Assembly (NCBI GenBank): GCA_002788135.1
Contig: PFQT01000040.1
Location: forward strand, 1 to 46,221
From: Candidatus Yonathbacteria bacterium CG_4_8_14_3_um_filter_46_25
GTDB taxonomy: Bacteria; Patescibacteriota; Minisyncoccia; Phycocordibacterales; UBA1539
DNA length: 46,221 nt
Direction of reading: 5' to 3'
In this document: positions 24,772 through 34,346 of the stretch, in pieces
How the letters are laid out: each line of letters begins with the position of its first letter
How positions within the stretch are numbered: position 1 is the stretch's first letter
The notes under the pieces: model-generated
Seen by the model: only the letters and a program-made list of their open reading frames with translations
What the model was told of the DNA's origin: nothing
Database searches by the model: none
Position numbers and translations under genes: made by a program

Positions 24772-25395
24772 CTACTGCAGGATGTTCTCCAGCACCGGGT
24801 AGATACGTTCTGCGATCTTGGCGTATCCTTTTTCGTTGGGATGGATTTCATCTGACATATATTCCGGGTGAGCGAAGAGTCCGTCGAGTATGTCCGGCAC
24901 ATAAGCAGTATGATATTTTTTGCTTAACGCTTCATAGCGATCGGCAAACCGATCCGCGAACAACCCTCCGCGCACGCCAAGCAAAAGCACGATCGCGCCA
25001 CGCGACTGAATGTTCTCAATCAACCGTGCAAGATTGTCGAACGTTTCATCAATTGGCACTTTTTTCAAATGGTCGTTGCCGCCGAGGAGCACAAGCACCA
25101 CTTTTAGTTGATACTTGTCGAGTTCATTTACGCGCGCCAATCCGTCCGCGGTCGTGTCACCCGCGACACCGAGGTTTGCGATGGAACGACCTGTTTTCTC
25201 GGAAAGAAGGTCGACGAAATTGTGTCCTTCGGACGCACCGACACCTCGCACGAGACTGTCGCCGAACGCGATGATGTTAGCTCCCGATGAAGGATAGTTG
25301 GTAATGGAGGTATCCGGTCGCAACCAAAAATATCCCGCGATGAGCGCAATTACGAAAACCGCTACTACCACAAATATGTATTTTTTCAACATCAT
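24772..25395 (-). CDS. SGNH/GDSL hydrolase, membrane-anchored
   Basis: Block I is IIAFGDSLVRG, block III is LLGGNDH and block V is DEIHPN. N-terminal TM helix. The start is taken at ATG 25395. Confidence 0.8.
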   Translation of the reverse strand: MMLKKYIFVVVAVFVIALIAGYFWLRPDTSITNYPSSGANIIAFGDSLVRGVGASEGHNFVDLLSEKTGRSIANLGVAGDTTADGLARVNELDKYQLKVVLVLLGGNDHLKKVPIDETFDNLARLIENIQSRGAIVLLLGVRGGLFADRFADRYEALSKKYHTAYVPDILDGLFAHPEYMSDEIHPNEKGYAKIAERIYPVLENILQ

Positions 25396-25462
25396 TCTTT
25401 CGGTCACTATACCATGAAATAAAGCGAGGAGCTGAACTATTTTCAGTTGTGGCGACACTCAA

Positions 25463-26311
25463 TTGCTCTGTGGTATCATAATGCTCGTGGAAACGGATAA
25501 AACACCCGCATACAACATACATACGTTCAGGAGGACAATTTGGGCTTTCTACAGGACTCAAAAAAGGGCATTTCCATGGCGTGAGACAGCAGACCCATAT
25601 GAGATACTCGTTTCGGAAATTATGCTTCAACAGACGCAAACCAGCCGCGTAGAACAGAAATACGAGCCTTTTTTGAAGCGATTTCCGAATGTTGAGACAC
25701 TCGCCGGAGCGAGCATGGCAGAAGTGCTTGCGATGTGGCAAGGGCTTGGGTACAATCGGCGCGCGCAGGCGCTCTGGAAAATGGCCAAAATCATACGCGA
25801 CGAGTTCTGTGGTGTTGTTCCGAACGATCAGGAGGCGCTTGTTGCGCTTCCCGGAATAGGGGAGGCGACCGCGTCCGCCATGCGAGTGTTCGCGTGGAAT
25901 GAACCGGCCGTCTTTATCGAGACGAACATTCGACGCGTGTTCATCCATTTTTTCTTTGCTCATGCGACGACGGTTGCTGACGCGGACATTATGCCGCTTG
26001 TAGCAAGAGCGCTCCCTCGCAAACGAGCGCGGGAATGGTACTCTGCGCTCATGGATTTCGGCGCTCACTTGCCGAAGATCATAAAAAATCCGAATCACAA
26101 AAGCAAAGGATACGCCAAGCAATCACGGTTTAAAGGGTCGAGTCGACAAACACGCGGACTGATCATCAAATTTCTTCTTACTAATGGTCCAAGCACAACA
26201 GAGCGTATCGGGAAAGAGACCAAAGATGATCGACTGGAAAAAATCCTTGCCAATCTCACTGAAGAAGGTTTGCTCGTAAAAAATAAAAAAAGATATGCCG
26301 TCATCTCGTAA
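25463..26311 (+). CDS. MutY-like HhH-GPD adenine glycosylase without Fe-S Cys cluster or NUDIX-like domain
   Basis: FPWRETADPYEILVSEIMLQQTQTSRV...GLGYNRRAQ...LPGIGEATASAM. After ALMDFGA the usual C-x6-C-x2-C-x5-C is absent. The C-terminus looks like a winged helix. Confidence 0.7.
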   Translation: MLCGIIMLVETDKTPAYNIHTFRRTIWAFYRTQKRAFPWRETADPYEILVSEIMLQQTQTSRVEQKYEPFLKRFPNVETLAGASMAEVLAMWQGLGYNRRAQALWKMAKIIRDEFCGVVPNDQEALVALPGIGEATASAMRVFAWNEPAVFIETNIRRVFIHFFFAHATTVADADIMPLVARALPRKRAREWYSALMDFGAHLPKIIKNPNHKSKGYAKQSRFKGSSRQTRGLIIKFLLTNGPSTTERIGKETKDDRLEKILANLTEEGLLVKNKKRYAVIS

Positions 26312-26960
26312 CATTTCCGATAGTACGCTCGCACGGCGAAAGAAGCAGGCGCGAAAAGTCCTCACTCGACTCGCGCGGCTTTTTCCGGACGCGAAGATGG
26401 CGCTCCGATATTCAAACAATTGGGAGATGCTTATCGCGGTCATTCTCTCCGCGCAGTGTACCGATAAAAAGGTCAACGAGGTCACTGAAGCGCTTTTTAA
26501 GAAATATCGGACACTTGATGATTATGTGAATGCCGATCTTGCGGAGTTTGAGCATCGTATCCATTCGACCGGATTTTATCACAATAAAGCGAAGAACATT
26601 TTGGGGGCGGCACGAATGCTTAAGGAACAATTTGACAGCGTGATCCCTAAAACGATGGAGGAGATGCTTCTTCTGCCCGGGGTTGCCCGGAAGACAGCGA
26701 ATGTCGTTTTAGGCAATGCGTATGGCGTGGTGGAGGGAATCGCGGTGGATACGCACGTGCGACGCCTCGCGCGCCTGTGGGGACTCACTGATGAAATGAA
26801 TCCGGAGAAGATCGAGCGTGACCTGATGGAAATCTTGCCGCGTGAAGAATGGTTCTTGTTCACCTATCGCGTAATTGAATATGGCAGGAACTATTGCCCC
26901 GCAAGACCGCGTCATGATCACATGAATTGCCCGGTGAGTAAAATCTTGGATTATCAATGA
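26295..26960 (+). CDS. nth: Endonuclease III with degenerate Fe-S motif
   Basis: NNWEMLIAVILSAQCTDKKVN, LPGVARKTANVVLG, GIAVDTHVRR. The C-terminal motif is reduced to YCPARPRHDHMNCP (2 Cys). It overlaps the upstream gene by 17 nt. Confidence 0.85.
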   Translation: MPSSRNISDSTLARRKKQARKVLTRLARLFPDAKMALRYSNNWEMLIAVILSAQCTDKKVNEVTEALFKKYRTLDDYVNADLAEFEHRIHSTGFYHNKAKNILGAARMLKEQFDSVIPKTMEEMLLLPGVARKTANVVLGNAYGVVEGIAVDTHVRRLARLWGLTDEMNPEKIERDLMEILPREEWFLFTYRVIEYGRNYCPARPRHDHMNCPVSKILDYQ

Positions 26961-27166
26961 AAAATAATTTTACTGAAAATGTTCTTTCAGTTATTGCTTG
27001 CATCCCAAAAGGCGAAATACTCACATACCGAGAAATTACCAAGCAAATCGCAAACCAAAAAGTGTATTATGTCGTAGGGAACATACTCAACAAAAATCAC
27101 AACTCGGCAATCCGATGCCACCGGGTCGTCCGTTCGGACGGCACGCCGGGAGGATATAGCCGCTGA
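26957..27166 (+). CDS. MGMT-family (methylated-DNA-protein-cysteine methyltransferase DNA-binding domain) protein, interrupted by in-frame TGA
   Basis: IPKGEILTYREI...VGNIL..N...IRCHRVVRSDGTPGGYSR then TGA at 27164-27166. The same frame continues AEQKRELLLEERKKKR to TAA at 27215-27217. ATGA overlap with nth. Confidence 0.7.
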   Translation: MKNNFTENVLSVIACIPKGEILTYREITKQIANQKVYYVVGNILNKNHNSAIRCHRVVRSDGTPGGYSR

Positions 27167-27225
27167 GCGGAGCAAAAACGAGAACTGCTTCTGGAAGAAC
27201 GAAAGAAAAAGAGGTAATATAATCC

Positions 27226-28188
27226 TTGAATATGAATACGAGTCGCGCAAAAGCCCTTGGGGCAATAATCGGCATTCCTGTCCTCGTCATCGCTTTCACT
27301 GTGGCGTGGGCGAAGAATCCGCCTGATTTGGCACACTTGTTTTCCGCGCCGACAGTGTGTGAGAAACCGCTTACCTATGCGATCGGCAGCATTGACGGCA
27401 GGTTTGGTGTTGGCGTTGTAACACTTCAAGAAGCAGTTACTGCCGCGGAAAAACTCTGGGAGAATGGGACGGGATTCGATTTATTATCGCGTGATGATAA
27501 CGCGTCGCTTAAGATTAACTTGGTGTTTGACGAACGGCAGATCAAGACGATTGAGGAAGCTCGTTTCAAAGCAAAACTCGACCAAGAGCATACTCTTTAT
27601 CAAGGTCTTGTTGCCCAATACGACACGCTGGTTGCAGTACAGGAAAAACGGCTTGATGAATACAACGCGTCTGGCGCACTCTATGATAAGCGGCTCACGA
27701 ATTATAATACGCAAGTCACTCACTGGAACAGTGCCGGTGGTGCTCCGGAAAAGGTGTACAATGAATTTGCAAAAGAGCGCTCCGATCTTGAGCGGCTCCA
27801 GCAAGAACTCGAAAACGAACGGCAAGAACTCAATCAGCAGAACGCTAACATCAACGCGCTCACTGACAAGATCAATATGTATGCCAGCACCTTTAATAAG
27901 AGTGTTGATTCCTACAACACAACTTTTACGGAAGAGCAATTTGAACAAGGGCAGTACACGGGAACAATGATAAACGTGTTCCAATTCGACGATCTTTCCG
28001 ATCTTGAAATTGTACTGGCGCATGAATTCGGTCACGCGTTCGGAATCGACCACCTGAGTAACCCGACAGCAATCATGTATTACCTGATGGAGAAGCAGGA
28101 TACCGAACGCCCGGAACTGACCGCGGAAGACGTAGCGGCCTTGCGCGGCGTATGCAGAATGGAGAACAGCACGTCGAGAAACGATTAG
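27226..28188 (+). CDS. Membrane-anchored matrixin-like (M10 metzincin) protease with a long coiled-coil insertion
   Basis: N-terminal TM helix. PLTYAIGSID...AVTAAEKLWE...ASLKINLVF is followed by about 165 aa of heptad-like sequence. Then comes VLAHEFGHAFGIDH (HExxHxxGxxH) and the Met-turn AIMYY. Confidence 0.75.
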   Translation: MNMNTSRAKALGAIIGIPVLVIAFTVAWAKNPPDLAHLFSAPTVCEKPLTYAIGSIDGRFGVGVVTLQEAVTAAEKLWENGTGFDLLSRDDNASLKINLVFDERQIKTIEEARFKAKLDQEHTLYQGLVAQYDTLVAVQEKRLDEYNASGALYDKRLTNYNTQVTHWNSAGGAPEKVYNEFAKERSDLERLQQELENERQELNQQNANINALTDKINMYASTFNKSVDSYNTTFTEEQFEQGQYTGTMINVFQFDDLSDLEIVLAHEFGHAFGIDHLSNPTAIMYYLMEKQDTERPELTAEDVAALRGVCRMENSTSRND

Positions 28189-28233
28189 CGATAATAATAT
28201 TGTGCGACATGATGCAAGGCGTTAATTAAACTT

Positions 28234-28616
28234 ATGAAGGAAAATCAAGAACCAAAAGTCGGTGTCGGGGTGATAATCTTTCGGAAAGGAAAAGTACTCC
28301 TCGAAAAACGAAAAAGGGCGCACGGAGCCGGGAATGTGCCTTTCCGGGCGGACTCTTGAGTATGGAGAATCGTTACGCATAACGCGCGGAATGAGAGACG
28401 CGTGAGGAGTATGGTATTGAGATAAAAAACATTTCGTTCCAATTCTTGTCGAATGTAACACGGTACGCACCGAAGCATCTTGAACCGGACATGGCAGAGT
28501 CATAGGGGTGGTATGCGCTTGATGATCTTCCCGCGCCGCTTTTTCTCATGTGTCAACAAGCGATCGAAAGTTACAAGACGAAACGGGCATGCTACGACTT
28601 AAACACAAAAAGATGA
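28234..28616 (+). pseudogene. Decayed NUDIX hydrolase gene
   Basis: MKENQEPKVGVGVIIFRKGKVLLEKRKRAHGAGNVPFPGG then a frameshift. A second frame gives ETREEYGIEIKNISF (NUDIX box remnant). A third gives WYALDDLPAPLFLMCQQAIESY. There are several stops and an internal deletion. Confidence 0.75.
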
Positions 28617-28657
28617 AAGAAAGCGAGGTCATAAAAATTAGCTCATTAGTAGTGGAT

Positions 28658-28684
28658 TTTATTGGACACTCGGTGTCCAATAAA
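28658..28684. repeat. 27-nt palindromic element, copy c
   Basis: tttattggacactcggtgtccaataaa. It is followed by agttttggaaaagcata, which also flanks copy d in inverse orientation. Confidence 0.9.
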
Positions 28685-28980
28685 ATAAAGTTTTGGAAAA
28701 GCATACAAAAAAATAAAAAAACTGATGGTTGCTATTGATAGATATGTGTATCGCCATCGTACATCGAGCTGATTAACGACGATGATAAAGTAGTTGCCGC
28801 GCACCTACCCGAATCCGACATTGGCTTGATTAGTAGTATGAGGGGATAGGGGCTCATACGATTAGTGCTTTGTGGGAAAGTATATAGATGTCGCACAATA
28901 TATCTTTTGCGACACTATAATAAAGAATAAAGCAGGATCCTAAAGTCGCCCTATTGCCTATCGCAAAATAATTACCGTAG

Positions 28981-29289
28981 CTACATTGCGATCACATCGA
29001 GAGTCGACGTTGCGAGCGATGATCCATCTGGTGACGTTGCGGTATCAACACCAAAAAAAGACGCGACATGAACCCAAACGAATCCCACAATGACTTTATC
29101 CCAAAGAAATCCTCCTGCTGGATACAAATAATTACCCCAAGCATACGTGGCGTGGCTCATTACCCATTGTCCAGCGCTTGATTCTGTGATAGTTTTTAAA
29201 TCGAAACTGAAATAAGAAAGCGTAACAATAACAATAATGAGTACTACGATGAGTTTCAAAAATCCGCCAGTGTTTCTTGGTGTGTTCAT
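28981..29289 (-). CDS. Small membrane protein
   Basis: MNTPRNTGGFLKLIVVLIIVIVTLSYF. TATAAT at 29299-29304 (minus) lies 9 nt upstream of ATG 29289. The upstream ATG 29307 lies immediately upstream of that -10. Confidence 0.5.
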   Translation of the reverse strand: MNTPRNTGGFLKLIVVLIIVIVTLSYFSFDLKTITESSAGQWVMSHATYAWGNYLYPAGGFLWDKVIVGFVWVHVASFFGVDTATSPDGSSLATSTLDVIAM

Positions 29290-29340
29290 GGCAACTATAT
29301 TATACATCCCAAAGATTTATCAAGGAAGAAGCTCAGTGCT

Positions 29341-30639
29341 TTACAAGTAGATTAATGGATCAAGATAAGCATTGAGGGGTGCCACCGGAATACGCGCATC
29401 CATACAGTTGGTTATGGTTTTAATATCTCCCATGCGCACTATTTTAACCCCTTGGGTCGCAAAAACGGTCAGGTGCAAGTGTGGCCCAGTTGTATATCCG
29501 GTATTGCCACTATACCCGATCACATCGCCGGTGGCGACCGTTTGGCCGCTCGATACCTTAATAAGCGAGAGGTGCCCATAAAGCGTCGAGAGGCCATTTG
29601 GGTGTTGTATAAGAACCCATTTGCCGTATGAGTAGCATCCGGAATAAGCATCGGTATTACCCGTTTCGACAACAGTTCCAGTGAGCGTCGCTTTAACCGG
29701 TGTCCCAATAGCAACACCAAAGTCCACCCCGTTATGCCCTTGCCCGCTATAAGCGCCACTTTGTGCAAATTCGGTATTGCCAAATTTCTGTGTTATTCGT
29801 ATTTTGTCGAGCGGCCACGCAAGTACGCCCTTTCCAGCCGAAGGAAGACTGCGCGGATCAATTGCAATACGAAGATCTGACTCATATTTAAGAAGTTGTT
29901 GTTCAAATTGTTCTTTCAGTGCCTTTTTCTCATTAAGGATTTTTTGATAATTTGATTCTTTATTTTTTGTTTTTGAAAGCAGATTACTCTTTTCATCCTT
30001 ATTCTCTTGCACAATCTTTTTTTTATCGCTTAATTCCGCACGCAAATCAACCAGCTGATCTTTTTCATCCTCCGACTCCGTTCGAGTATCAGATAGTTCT
30101 TCTCTCAACAATTCGAGTTGTTGAAGTTTTTCGCGCGCGACAGCATGGAATTGTTGAAGGTTCTCCATTTCAATCAAAAGCGATGAAAGATCATCGTTCG
30201 AAAGAACAATCTCAAGAAGCGTGGTATCGTCTGCTTCGTTCACTCGACGCATAATTCCTGCGATTGCCTCATTTAGCCGATTGATATCAGTCTGCTTTTG
30301 ATCAAGTTCGATTGAAAGCTTCGCAATAGTAAGCGCGGTTGAATCTATTTTCTGTTCGGTTACGATGATGTTTTTTTCAAGTTGCCGCTTTGTCGTATCA
30401 AGCATCTTGATCGAATTTTGAAAAGTATTCGCTTGGTTCCCAAGACTTTCAATTTCATTTTGGTATACTTCAATCTCCTGTTCGAGCTTCTCGATCTCGG
30501 TATTTTTAGTTGATATTTTTTGCTTTATATCGTCAACGAGCGCCGCGCGGGCGAAAGAAAGAGAAAGCAAGCATATCATTGCCGCAAAAAATAAAGATGT
30601 TGTGACGCTATGTTTCTTTGAAAATTTCGATCTTTTCAT
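29341..30639 (-). CDS. M23 peptidase with N-terminal coiled coil (EnvC-like)
   Basis: Signal anchor and a long coiled coil. M23 motifs are GHNGVDFG and GYTTGPHLHLTVF. The start is taken at ATG 30639, just after the gltX stop. Confidence 0.85.
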   Translation of the reverse strand: MKRSKFSKKHSVTTSLFFAAMICLLSLSFARAALVDDIKQKISTKNTEIEKLEQEIEVYQNEIESLGNQANTFQNSIKMLDTTKRQLEKNIIVTEQKIDSTALTIAKLSIELDQKQTDINRLNEAIAGIMRRVNEADDTTLLEIVLSNDDLSSLLIEMENLQQFHAVAREKLQQLELLREELSDTRTESEDEKDQLVDLRAELSDKKKIVQENKDEKSNLLSKTKNKESNYQKILNEKKALKEQFEQQLLKYESDLRIAIDPRSLPSAGKGVLAWPLDKIRITQKFGNTEFAQSGAYSGQGHNGVDFGVAIGTPVKATLTGTVVETGNTDAYSGCYSYGKWVLIQHPNGLSTLYGHLSLIKVSSGQTVATGDVIGYSGNTGYTTGPHLHLTVFATQGVKIVRMGDIKTITNCMDARIPVAPLNAYLDPLIYL

Positions 30640-30647
30640 ACGGTTTT

Positions 30648-32024
30648 TTAGGAGTTGCGCGCGATAAGCGTCTCGGAAGCATATCGAAGCCGTTTTAATG
30701 ATTCTTCTTTCCCTAGTATACTGACCAGCACAAATGGGTCCGGCGATTTTTCCTTTCCAGAGAGAGCGAACCGCATTGGCCACAACACATCCCCTCTTCC
30801 TTCAGAAGAAGCATACTTCCACACGGTTTCTTTCACTGTGTCGCCAGTTAGATTTTCTTCGTCAATTTCTTGCAGTAATTCTATTACTTTGTCAAGTCTT
30901 TGTTTGGTAACAAGCAGGTCAGGCGTGCCTTTCCAAAGAAGTTTCCTCGGATCATAAGTCGGACGCTCGAAGATATAATCAAATTCACCCGATTCGAACA
31001 TTGCAGAAATATCAGAGAGCGTGTTGATCCGCTCAACAATGATTAGAGCGATATTTTTAAGCATGCGTTCGGAAATTTTTTTATCGCTTTTTTTAAACTT
31101 TTCCGGAATATATTCAATAACCTTTTTTTCAAATTCTTCCGGCAACATTTTTTTTAGATACTCGCGATTCAGCCAATCAAGTTTTTCAATATTGAAAATA
31201 GCTCCGCCCTTCTGTACCCGTTCAAGCGTAAATTCTTTTACCAAATCATTCATCGAAAATAGTTCGCCGCTTCCCTCGGGATGCCAACCAATAAGCGCAA
31301 GAAAATTTACCATGGCATCAGGTAGATACCCTTTATCACGAAACTCAACAAGAGAAACCGAGCCATGTCGCTTTGAGAGTTTTGATTTGTCGTGCGCAAG
31401 GATGAGCGGTATATGCGCATAAGTTGGATGAGGGGCATCAATGGCGCTTTGCAAGAGGATCTGCCGCGGGGTATTTGAGATATGGTCCTCCCCGCGAATG
31501 ACCTGCGTTACGCCCATCTCAAAGTCGTCAACAACAACCGCCAAATGAAAGAGCGGCGTATCAATATTTTTAGCGACCACGAAGTCGCCTAATTCGGTTG
31601 TATCAAATTCGATGTTTCCGCGTATCGCGTCATGGAAGGAAATTTTGGCACCGGGATTTCTGAAGCGTATCACTTTGCCACTGCCGTCTTTCCCCTCTTC
31701 CGCTTCGTACGCAAGTCCGCGATTGATCAGTCTTTGAAGACAATCTTTATGCTTGTCTGCGCGTTCTGATTGGCGATACAATTTGTCATAAGAAATTCCA
31801 AGCCACGCAAGGCCGTTTATGATATTTTCTTCGTATTCTTTTTTGCTCCTCTCTTTGTCGGTATCCTCGATGCGCAGAAGAAAATTTCCTTCATGCTGAC
31901 GAGCGTAAAGATAGTTAAAAAGCGCCGTTCGTGCACCGCCGACATGCAATACACCCGTTGGAGAGGGCGCGAAGCGGGTAATCACTTTTTTATTGGCAAT
32001 AGACACAAGCAAACTGGAGGGCAA
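30648..32024 (-). CDS. gltX: Glutamate--tRNA ligase
   Basis: RFAPSPTGVLHVGGARTALFNYL (HIGH-type) and KLSKRHG (KMSKS-type). Confidence 0.95.
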   Translation of the reverse strand: MPSSLLVSIANKKVITRFAPSPTGVLHVGGARTALFNYLYARQHEGNFLLRIEDTDKERSKKEYEENIINGLAWLGISYDKLYRQSERADKHKDCLQRLINRGLAYEAEEGKDGSGKVIRFRNPGAKISFHDAIRGNIEFDTTELGDFVVAKNIDTPLFHLAVVVDDFEMGVTQVIRGEDHISNTPRQILLQSAIDAPHPTYAHIPLILAHDKSKLSKRHGSVSLVEFRDKGYLPDAMVNFLALIGWHPEGSGELFSMNDLVKEFTLERVQKGGAIFNIEKLDWLNREYLKKMLPEEFEKKVIEYIPEKFKKSDKKISERMLKNIALIIVERINTLSDISAMFESGEFDYIFERPTYDPRKLLWKGTPDLLVTKQRLDKVIELLQEIDEENLTGDTVKETVWKYASSEGRGDVLWPMRFALSGKEKSPDPFVLVSILGKEESLKRLRYASETLIARNS

Positions 32025-32083
32025 AACCCTTCTTCGCCATTATAATCTACAGAGTGGCAAGCGGCAAGAAAAGCATGGGGTAT

Positions 32084-33220
32084 TTAGCGTTTTTTGCCCG
32101 AGTGCTCAAAGAGAATGTTCATTATTTGCTGTGCGATCTTTTCCGCCGCGCCGGGATTGGCAAATCTACCAGCCGCCTCTCTCATTTCCTGCATTTTTGC
32201 GCCATCCTCCATTATTCGTTTTATTTCCGTCGCCAAGAGATAGGGAGAAAGATTCTTCTCTTCAATGACCTCAGCGCACCCGGCGCGAGTATACGAATAT
32301 GCATTTTTAATCTGGTGATCTCCGTTCGAATCGGTGATCGGAATAATTATTGCCGGAATGCCCCATAAAGCGATCTCGAATATGGTCGAGCCAGCGCGTG
32401 AGACAACCAGATCCGCTACCCCGCTTGCCGCGCGCATTTGGTCGTCGGAAAGAAAAGCAAGCGGTTTATATCGTTTTGCATGAGTATTGTCCTTTAATAC
32501 AATACCAAGAACATTCTCAATGCTCTTTATATTACGCATCCCAACCTGATGAATGATTTGGTACCGATCAAGAAGAAACGGTAACGCGCCAATAACAGCA
32601 TCGTTGATAATCTGCGCGCCCTGTGATCCCCCAAGAACCAGCACAACCGGAACACCCTGTTCGAGACCGAGCATTTCCAGCGCCCCGCCCCGCATCGGGA
32701 CTGTCACTTCTTCACGGATCGGATTACCAGTCACTGCGGTTCTTTTTTTGGGGAAAAATTGTGCGGCATACGGATAGGATATCGCTACCTGTTTTGCGAA
32801 TTTCCCAGCCCATTTGTTGACCCTTCCGGGCACACTGTCAGATTCGTGGATAATAACCGGTATATGCAGGAGCCGTGCGGCAAAGAGCGCTGGAAAACTC
32901 GCGTATCCCCCCTTTCCAATGACCACATCGGGATAGAGGATGAAAAGCTTGAACACCGCGCGCGTCGCCGCGATTGGAGTCTTGAATACATCGATAATAT
33001 TTTTCACTGAAAAGTACTGCCGCATTTTCCCTGTGTTCACCTTAATGAACTCAAGTTTGTTTTTAGTGACCAGACTTTCATCGTAAGGAGTATCTGACAT
33101 GTAATACAGTCGGACATCCTTGAGTCCTTCCCGATCAAGAAGTATATTTAACTTTTGGACGATAGCTATGATCGGGTAAAAATGTCCTCCCGATCCGCCA
33201 CCGGTGAATAAGACTTTCAT
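32084..33220 (-). CDS. murG: UDP-GlcNAc:undecaprenyl-PP-MurNAc-pentapeptide GlcNAc transferase MurG
   Basis: MKVLFTGGGSGGHFYPIIAI, VLGGSQGAQ, VSRAGSTIFEIALWGIPAIIIP. Confidence 0.9.
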   Translation of the reverse strand: MKVLFTGGGSGGHFYPIIAIVQKLNILLDREGLKDVRLYYMSDTPYDESLVTKNKLEFIKVNTGKMRQYFSVKNIIDVFKTPIAATRAVFKLFILYPDVVIGKGGYASFPALFAARLLHIPVIIHESDSVPGRVNKWAGKFAKQVAISYPYAAQFFPKKRTAVTGNPIREEVTVPMRGGALEMLGLEQGVPVVLVLGGSQGAQIINDAVIGALPFLLDRYQIIHQVGMRNIKSIENVLGIVLKDNTHAKRYKPLAFLSDDQMRAASGVADLVVSRAGSTIFEIALWGIPAIIIPITDSNGDHQIKNAYSYTRAGCAEVIEEKNLSPYLLATEIKRIMEDGAKMQEMREAAGRFANPGAAEKIAQQIMNILFEHSGKKR

Positions 33221-33227
33221 GCAGTAA

Positions 33228-34322
33228 TCATTTTTTCATGAATTTCGAAATGTTGAGTATGATGCCGACCTCAAACAATGCGAAAAATAACGCAGTTCCT
33301 CCGTGGCTTATAAAAAGTAGCGGAAGACCTGTCAGCGGGAAAACTCCAAGCATTGAAGCGATGTTGATCAATGACTGGAATGTTATAAGTATAACAAGCC
33401 CCAGCACTAAAAGTCCACTGAAGTAATCGGGAGCACGGGCTGATATTTGCAGTCCGCGGACGCAAAAGAGCGCAAACATGAGAAGAATGAGTACGCTGCC
33501 GACAAAGCCGAATTCTTCAGCCGCGACGGCAAAGATTGAATCTCCTATCGGTTCGGGAAGGTAGCGAAACTTTTGTATGCTTTGTCCAAACCCTCTCCCG
33601 AATATTTTCCCGGAACCGATGGCATTGAGCGATTGTTGCAGTTGCCAACTTGCGCCAGAGGGGTCGCGTACCGGATCAAGAAAGGTCATGATTCGAACCT
33701 GGAGATATGGTTTTGAATAAACCAATACGCCAAAAAGTACCGCGGCGAGCATAATCAGATAAAAAATATAGCGCCATCTTCCTCCTCCGACGAAAAACAT
33801 AAGGAATGAAACAGTCAAAATGACGATGAAAGTTCCCGTGTCCGGTTGTGTGATAAGAACGGCGGCTACGATACCTACAACAATGAGTAGCGGAAGAATA
33901 CCCTTTATGCTATGCATTTCTTTTCGCAACGACGAGAATAGCGCGCTCAAGTAGGCAATCGATCCGAACTTAAGAAATTCAGCCGGTTGAAACGAAATGG
34001 ACCCGATCTCAAGCCATCGTACCGCGCCGCCGTGAGGCAATCCAAGTCCCGGGATAAAAACAGCAACGGATGCAAGGACAGATAAAAGAAAAATATAAAA
34101 CGAATACTGCCTCCAAAAACGATAGGGTACGTTCAAGGCGATCAAGAGTGCGATACTTCCAAGGAATACCCCAAGGAATATCTGGCTGAAAGCAACGCTT
34201 GAAAATGTTGCCCCGCTTCTTGAAAGAAGCCCGAGCGACGCGGAAGAAAAAATAAACAAACCAAACACAACCAAAAAAATGGTGGTGAAAAAGAAAATTC
34301 TATCAGATTTTCGTCGTACCAT
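33228..34322 (-). CDS. ftsW: SEDS family peptidoglycan polymerase FtsW/RodA
   Basis: Multi-TM protein with QPAEFLKF, PDTGT, LPEPIGDSIFAVAAEEFGF and PLTGLPLLFISHGGT. Confidence 0.9.
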   Translation of the reverse strand: MVRRKSDRIFFFTTIFLVVFGLFIFSSASLGLLSRSGATFSSVAFSQIFLGVFLGSIALLIALNVPYRFWRQYSFYIFLLSVLASVAVFIPGLGLPHGGAVRWLEIGSISFQPAEFLKFGSIAYLSALFSSLRKEMHSIKGILPLLIVVGIVAAVLITQPDTGTFIVILTVSFLMFFVGGGRWRYIFYLIMLAAVLFGVLVYSKPYLQVRIMTFLDPVRDPSGASWQLQQSLNAIGSGKIFGRGFGQSIQKFRYLPEPIGDSIFAVAAEEFGFVGSVLILLMFALFCVRGLQISARAPDYFSGLLVLGLVILITFQSLINIASMLGVFPLTGLPLLFISHGGTALFFALFEVGIILNISKFMKK

Positions 34323-34346
34323 TTGTTGCGTTCAAACTGTTCGTAA

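Noticed and set aside
27164-27166. Possibility that the organism uses UGA as a sense codon (Gly, code 25), prompted by the MGMT in-frame TGA.
   Set aside because: TGA cleanly terminates rplI (21511), the PrcB-like gene (22879) and the 21907..22302 gene at expected lengths. Long ORFs are not fragmented by TGA elsewhere.
28197-28901. 14-bp inverted repeat atattgtgcgacat / atgtcgcacaatat flanking the NUDIX pseudogene and palindrome copy c, as possible transposon ends.
   Set aside because: A single 14-bp match within ~700 nt is not far from chance expectation in a 46-kb window. No transposase or target-site duplication is seen.
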